DNA of 64,000 bases from Spirulina sp. (GTDB taxonomy: Bacteria > Cyanobacteriota > Cyanobacteriia > Phormidesmidales > Phormidesmidaceae): NCBI GenBank assembly GCA_044070495.1, contig JBIPSI010000027.1, positions 12,127-76,126 on the forward strand, given 5' to 3'. Under the pieces are notes generated by a model. That model saw only the letters and a list, made by a program, of their open reading frames with translations. It was not told the origin of the DNA and did no database searches. The position numbers and the translations under genes were made by a program. How positions within the stretch are numbered: position 1 is the stretch's first letter; the number at the start of each line of letters is the position of its first letter. This document shows positions 58,643 through 64,000 of this stretch, piece by piece.

Positions 58643-60736
58643 TTATCCTCGCAACCACTGCCAAAGTTTGATGGTTTTATCGGCACTGGTGCTGGCGATG
58701 AGTTTACCGTTGCCGTGGGCCGCAACGCTGTGAATGGGACTGGTGTGGGCGTGGATGGTGTCTTGTAGGGTACCGTCAATGCCCCAAATCCGCAGGGTGC
58801 CATCGCTACTGCCGCTCACGAGGCGCTGACCGTCTGGGAGAAACGCCACCGCATTCACTTCCTGGGTGTGTCCCTGGAGGATCGATCCCCGCTCTCCGCT
58901 GGGAATCTGCCAGAGTCGTAGGGTGCGATCTTTACTGGCGCTAGCGATCCACTGATGATTGGGGCTAACGGCCACATGGTTAACCGTATTGGTATGGCCC
59001 GTGAGAACGAGGCTATTCGCCGCTGTCTGGGGATTCCACAGCCGCACCGTATTATCCGATCCGCCGCTAATTAAAAGGCTATCGCCCAAGGCCCAAGCCA
59101 CGGATTTAATCATGCCTGCGGAACCGACCAGGGTTTTGACTAAGTTGCCCCGATCCAAGGTCCATAGTCGGATCGTTCGATCTTCGCTGCCGCTAGCCAG
59201 GAAAAAGCCCTGAGCCCCTACCGCCACCGAGGTCACATCGCGCAGATGGCCCTTAAGGATATGCAGCAGTGCCCGATCACTGAGGTTCCAAACCTTGACC
59301 GTAGCGTCGTCGCCACAGCTGGCCAGAACCTGTCCACCGCTGCCCAGGTCAATGCAGTTCACCCCCCGATCATGGGCGGGCAGGGTATACAGCATTTGCC
59401 CCGTTTGCCAATTCCAAACCCGCACCGTGTCATCCAGACTACCGCTGACCAACAGCGGCAACTTGGGATTAAACCCCACGGTGACCACCCAAGACTGATG
59501 ATCCTTGAATCGCCTGACTTCGTACCAGCCAGGGCCGGTAGGGCTTGGTGGGACAGAGGTGGGAGGCTGAGATTGGGGGCGAAGCGGCGGGGGTGGAGGC
59601 GGGATAGCGCGTCCCTGATCCGGGTGAGGGCCAACCCGACCAGAGGAATCAGAAGGCTGGGGTAGTCCAGCCTTAGATGACTCTGCCTGAGGTGGCTCGA
59701 CCTGAGAAGGTAGTGTCGTTGTGGGTAACGACAATCCGACCCGGTCTCCCGGTCCGCTAATGGGTTGCTGTTGCAGCCCCGCAAAAAGGCTGCCCGATTC
59801 AGAGGACCCATTCCATCCGGGTACCGCGCCGGATAATTTAGGCAGGCGCTGTAAAGCATGGATCACATCCTGGGCGCTCTGGTAGCGATCACTCACCAGA
59901 TCCTTAATCATGCCATTGAGAATTTCCGCCAGCCCAGGATTGATGGTGCGGCCCATCTGCTGGAGTCGATCCTGCCACACCCAGCGCCCCTCTAGGGGGT
60001 TGTAGAGATCCTCCGGTCTACACCCCGTTAGGAGGTGAAGGCAAGTGGTGCCCAAGCTATACAGATCGCTAGAGGGATAGGCTTGGCCGCTGCGGAGTTG
60101 TTCAATGGGGGCATAGCCTTCAGTGCCAATCCGGGTGCCCGGTTCGTAGAGGACAGCTTCGCTAAACTGCTTAGCCACGCCAAAATCAATTAAAATCGGC
60201 ACTCCATCGGCCTTGCGACGAATGATGTTGGTGGGCGTAATGTCACGATGGATGACGCCCCGGCTGTGGATAAATTGCAGCACAGGCAGCAAATCCTCCA
60301 GCAGGTTGCGAATCTCCGCCTCGCCGTATGGCCCCTTGGTTGCCACCTCCTGAAACAGCGTGCGGCCTGCAATCATTTGCTGTACCAAGTAGAGGTACTT
60401 GGCTTGCTCAAAATAGGCCAACAGGTTGGGAATTTGGGGATGTTCCCCCAATTCGTTAAGCCGCACCGCCTCCTGTTCAAAGAGCTGAACGGCCTTCAGA
60501 AAGGCCTTCGTTCCCTGACTTTGGGGAGCAAATTGTTTAATGACGCAGCGATGGTTCAGCCGATCCGTGTCCAGGGCGAAATAGGTTCGGCCAAACCCAC
60601 CCCGACCAATCAACTTCAGGGGCCGATATCGGCCTCTAAGTTTAGGAATTAAAGGACTGCCACAGCTCGGACAAGTCCTGGCTAACGTCGCATGGTTGGG
60701 CTGAGGGCAATTTGGGTTAAGGCAGCATATCATCAC
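58643..60736 (-). CDS. Ser/Thr protein kinase with C-terminal WD40 repeats
   Basis: CLNPNC N-terminal 4-Cys domain, GRGGFG, HRDITP, DFG, about 7 WD40 repeats. Confidence 0.93.
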   Translation of the reverse strand: MMICCLNPNCPQPNHATLARTCPSCGSPLIPKLRGRYRPLKLIGRGGFGRTYFALDTDRLNHRCVIKQFAPQSQGTKAFLKAVQLFEQEAVRLNELGEHPQIPNLLAYFEQAKYLYLVQQMIAGRTLFQEVATKGPYGEAEIRNLLEDLLPVLQFIHSRGVIHRDITPTNIIRRKADGVPILIDFGVAKQFSEAVLYEPGTRIGTEGYAPIEQLRSGQAYPSSDLYSLGTTCLHLLTGCRPEDLYNPLEGRWVWQDRLQQMGRTINPGLAEILNGMIKDLVSDRYQSAQDVIHALQRLPKLSGAVPGWNGSSESGSLFAGLQQQPISGPGDRVGLSLPTTTLPSQVEPPQAESSKAGLPQPSDSSGRVGPHPDQGRAIPPPPPPLRPQSQPPTSVPPSPTGPGWYEVRRFKDHQSWVVTVGFNPKLPLLVSGSLDDTVRVWNWQTGQMLYTLPAHDRGVNCIDLGSGGQVLASCGDDATVKVWNLSDRALLHILKGHLRDVTSVAVGAQGFFLASGSEDRTIRLWTLDRGNLVKTLVGSAGMIKSVAWALGDSLLISGGSDNTVRLWNPQTAANSLVLTGHTNTVNHVAVSPNHQWIASASKDRTLRLWQIPSGERGSILQGHTQEVNAVAFLPDGQRLVSGSSDGTLRIWGIDGTLQDTIHAHTSPIHSVAAHGNGKLIASTSADKTIKLWQWLRG

Positions 60737-60956
60737 AGCGACAAACCGGTTCGAGGAGAAGCCAAACGCTATGCCTTCAGTGTAGGGGACACTCCGTAGA
60801 AACGACGCATCTCGTTATTGAACCGATCTGCTTGTCTTTATCCTTAATCCATAGGGGCGGTCTGGTTACTCCATGGCCCTGCGACGGTCAAGAGTTTCTT
60901 ATACTTTAGAAACAAGTGCGCTAACACCTAATTTCCCTAATCTCCCTCTGCCTGCC

Positions 60957-63431
60957 TTGATTCAGCAAGAAACCCTTCAGCTTTTAGGCTGGCCCCGGCT
61001 TTGCCAGCACCTCTCCACCTTTGCCGCCACCAAGCTAGGTACCCTCGCGGCCCAGAACCTCGCGATTCCGGCCCGCCAAGCCGAAAGCGACACCCTGCTC
61101 ACCCAAACCCGTGAGGTCTACTGGCTAGATCAACACACCACGGGCCTCGGTTTTGGCGGCATTCGCGACATCACTGCCGCGTTGGAACGGGCCAATCGCC
61201 AGGGAATGCTCAGTGGGGAGGAACTCCTCGACATTGCCACCACCCTCAACGGTGCCCGCCAACTGCGTCGCACCATCGAAGCCCAATCCTCGGAAGATTT
61301 GCCGATTCTTCAGGAGATGGTCGCTGAACTTCGCACCTATCCCGAACTGGAGCAACACATCCATCACTGCATCGATGATCGGGGTGATGTCACTGATCGC
61401 GCCAGCAGTAAGCTGAGTTCTATTCGTGACCGCCTCAAATCCACCCGCAGCGACATTCAGCAACGGCTCCAGCGGATCATGCAGCGCCAATCCGGTGCCC
61501 TCCAAGAAGCCCTGATTACCCAGCGGGGAGATCGCTTCGTGCTGCCCGTCAAAGCCCCCCAAAAAGACGCCATTCCCGGCCTAGTCCACGACGCCTCCGC
61601 CAGCGGCGCAACCTTATATATAGAACCCCACGCCATTGTTGACCTGGGCAACCAACTGCGCCAGCTTTTGCGCCAGGAGCGCACCGAAATCGAAGTCGTT
61701 CTCCGTCAGCTTTCGGAACAGGTGGCCGAAGTCTACGACGACCTCGAACACCTCCTCGCCACCGTCACCCTCTTGGATTTGGCCTACGCCCGCGCCCGCT
61801 ACTCCCTCTGGCTAGAGGCCAATCCCCCCCGATTCACCGCACCCGACGAACCCACCACCCTGCGCCAACTGCGTCACCCCCTTCTGGTTTGGCAGCACCG
61901 CCACGAACAGGGGGCCGAGGTAGTCCCCGTTGACCTGCTGATGCAGCCTAACCTACGGGTCATCGCCATCACTGGCCCCAACACGGGCGGCAAAACCGTC
62001 ACCCTCAAAACCCTGGGCCTAGCGATACTGATGGCCAAAGTCGGCCTCTTCGTCCCCGCCCGAGAACCCGTCGAGCTGCCCTGGTTCGAGCAAGTCCTCG
62101 CCGACATCGGCGACGAACAATCCATCGAACAAAGCCTCTCCACCTTCTCCGGCCACATCAAACGCATTGGCCGCATCCTGGACGCTCTCGATCATTCAAA
62201 GTTCAAAGTTCAAAGTTCAAAACCTCCAGCCCCTTCAGACTCCCCAGATTTCCGAACCCCCCCTGAAAACACCTCCCACCCATTCACCAACGCCCTCATC
62301 CTCCTCGACGAAGTCGGCGCAGGCACCGATCCCACCGAAGGTACAGCTCTGGCCATTGCCCTGCTCAATCACCTAGCCGATCATGCCCGACTCACCGTAG
62401 CCACCACCCACTACGGCGAACTCAAAGCCCTGAAATATCAAGATCCCCGTTTTGAAAACGCCTCGGTGGAATTCGATGATGTCACCCTCTCTCCCACCTA
62501 TCGTCTGCTGTGGGGCATTCCTGGCCGATCCAATGCCCTCTCCATCGCCCGTCGTCTGGGACTAAATTCCACCGTGGTGGAAGAAGCCGCCAGCCACATG
62601 GCCGTAGGCGTTCAAGAAGACGTCAACCAAGTCATTGCCGGACTCGAAGCCCAGCGCAGACGGCAGGAAGAAAAATCCCAGGCCGCCGCCACTCTCCTAG
62701 CCCAAACCGAAGCCCTGCACAACGAAGTCCGCCGCAAGGCCGAAATGTTGCGAGAACGAGAGCGAGACTTGCGCGCCCAGCAAGAGACCGCCATCCAGCA
62801 GGCCATCGTTGCTGCTAAAGCCGACATCGCCAAGGTGATCCGCAAACTGCAACAGGGCACCCCCACCGCCCAAGATGCCCAGCAGGCCACGGAAGCCATC
62901 GACGCTATCGCCCAAGCCCAGTTGCCAACCCGACAGCCCAAACCAACTCAGCCTAAACCTGGCTTTAAGCCCCAGGTCGGCGACCGCATCCGCATCCCCA
63001 GCCTCGGCCAAACCGCCGAAGTCCTCACCGCCCCCGACGATGACCACAAACTCACTGTCCGCTTCGGCCTGATGAAAACCACCGTCAGCCTCGCCGATAT
63101 CGAATCCCTCCAGGGTGAAAAAGCCGAAGTCCCTGTCAAACCTAAACCCCAAGACACCGTGCCCGCCGCCCAGGCTGCGCCCCCCGCCCCTGCCGTCCGC
63201 ACCAGCCGCAACACCATCGACCTGCGGGGTATGCGCGTCGCCGAAGCTGAATCCGTCCTCGAAGAAGCCATTGCCCACGCCAGTGGTGCCCTCTGGGTCA
63301 TCCACGGCCACGGCACCGGAAAACTCAAACGCGGCGTCCACGACTACCTCCACCGTCACCCCCAAGTCCAACGCCTCGAACCCGCCGACCAAGCCGACGG
63401 CGGCACAGGCGTCACCGTGGTCTACCTCTAA
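60957..63431 (+). CDS. mutS2: endonuclease MutS2
   Basis: TGPNTGGKT, QSLSTFSGH, DEVGAGTDP, Smr domain IHGHGTG; start uncertain (60873 or 60957). Confidence 0.95.
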   Translation: MIQQETLQLLGWPRLCQHLSTFAATKLGTLAAQNLAIPARQAESDTLLTQTREVYWLDQHTTGLGFGGIRDITAALERANRQGMLSGEELLDIATTLNGARQLRRTIEAQSSEDLPILQEMVAELRTYPELEQHIHHCIDDRGDVTDRASSKLSSIRDRLKSTRSDIQQRLQRIMQRQSGALQEALITQRGDRFVLPVKAPQKDAIPGLVHDASASGATLYIEPHAIVDLGNQLRQLLRQERTEIEVVLRQLSEQVAEVYDDLEHLLATVTLLDLAYARARYSLWLEANPPRFTAPDEPTTLRQLRHPLLVWQHRHEQGAEVVPVDLLMQPNLRVIAITGPNTGGKTVTLKTLGLAILMAKVGLFVPAREPVELPWFEQVLADIGDEQSIEQSLSTFSGHIKRIGRILDALDHSKFKVQSSKPPAPSDSPDFRTPPENTSHPFTNALILLDEVGAGTDPTEGTALAIALLNHLADHARLTVATTHYGELKALKYQDPRFENASVEFDDVTLSPTYRLLWGIPGRSNALSIARRLGLNSTVVEEAASHMAVGVQEDVNQVIAGLEAQRRRQEEKSQAAATLLAQTEALHNEVRRKAEMLRERERDLRAQQETAIQQAIVAAKADIAKVIRKLQQGTPTAQDAQQATEAIDAIAQAQLPTRQPKPTQPKPGFKPQVGDRIRIPSLGQTAEVLTAPDDDHKLTVRFGLMKTTVSLADIESLQGEKAEVPVKPKPQDTVPAAQAAPPAPAVRTSRNTIDLRGMRVAEAESVLEEAIAHASGALWVIHGHGTGKLKRGVHDYLHRHPQVQRLEPADQADGGTGVTVVYL
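62195..62222 (+). repeat. heptamer tandem repeat inside mutS2
   Basis: TTCAAAG x3 + TTCAAAA. Confidence 0.7.
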
Positions 63432-63456
63432 CCCTCTATTCCCCAGCCCACTACCC

Positions 63457-63480
63457 GTAGGGTCGAGGTCTCCTCGACCT
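63457..63480 (+). repeat. GTAG-type REP-like palindrome
   Basis: GTAGGGTCGAGGTCTCCTCGACCT. Confidence 0.6.
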
Positions 63481-63861
63481 TCTAGAATCCCTGTACGTCT
63501 GGCTATTGTGCTCAGAACATAGTTCGCGTACCCCAGATTCCTCAGCACCCAACCCCATCGACAACGACCATCCCCGCCTAGATCACTAGGGAACTTCGTC
63601 AGCATTAGCCCTGAAAAATCAGTAGCACAGGTTACAGGACGACCTTAACCCATCCTAAAAACCCCTTAACCCTTGTCAGGATTGCCTTTCGGGACGCTAT
63701 CCCTGCCGTTTGCGTCCTTTGCCCAACCCCTAGATGTGGGGTCATTTCAAAACTTTTCCAAAAAAAAATTGGTCATTGTCGGTCATCACTGGCCCTTAAA
63801 ACGGCGAAACCCCTTGATGTGTAAGGGGTTTCAGTCTTCGGAAAAACTTTTAGTTAAGGTG

Positions 63862-64000
63862 TTGACAGCCCCTGTCCCTTTCGCTATATTGATAAAGCGC
63901 CTGAGGGAAACGCGCCAAACGCGCTGCTCCTGAGGGAACTGCAAGTGAACCTCGACAATTACATAGCTTAGAAACAAAGCCAAGGTTCCTGTCAATGAAA
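63862..64000 (+). promoter_or_regulatory. probable rRNA operon promoter and 16S leader
   Basis: TTGACA-17bp-TATATT with AT-rich upstream tract; BoxA-like GAACCTCGACAA 63947-63958; the rRNA itself lies beyond the window. Confidence 0.65.

Noticed and set aside
62697..63605. 302-aa antisense ORF over mutS2
   Set aside because: shadow of a conserved gene with no recognisable motif
63900..64000. 16S rRNA gene
   Set aside because: only promoter and leader-like sequence is present; no mature rRNA sequence in the window

Overview
64 kb of a GC-rich cyanobacterial chromosome. ftsH2, a split-intein dnaE-n, pcyA, phycobiliprotein lyases and HCP/CTDH mark it as cyanobacterial; a Nodosilinea/Leptolyngbya-like filamentous strain is my inference. 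Housekeeping genes (queF, mlaD/F, cobW, dusA, pspA, dciA, moaE, ilvB, ftsI, gmk, mutS2, start of an rRNA operon leader) are interrupted by three accessory patches rich in toxin-antitoxin (TA) genes (about 4.1-5.3 kb, 29.2-34.8 kb, 42.2-45.5 kb). Best leads: (1) a 39-bp foreign segment inserted with an exact 37-bp duplication into a 63-bp hairpin element, the geometry expected of ectopic Cas1-Cas2 spacer integration; (2) a diverged 108-bp second copy of the dnaE-n intein 3' end that brackets cargo genes and is followed by an AT-rich two-gene soluble-plus-membrane module, a candidate defence system; (3) a DnaA-box cluster with no dnaA/dnaN beside it; (4) a partial Na+-type N-ATPase operon (atpBEFA only); (5) a solitary attC-like site among TA genes; (6) several MITEs with clear target duplications and an apparently catalytically dead RAYT. 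All family calls are by motif recognition, not database search; many start codons were moved from the ORF track by judgement.
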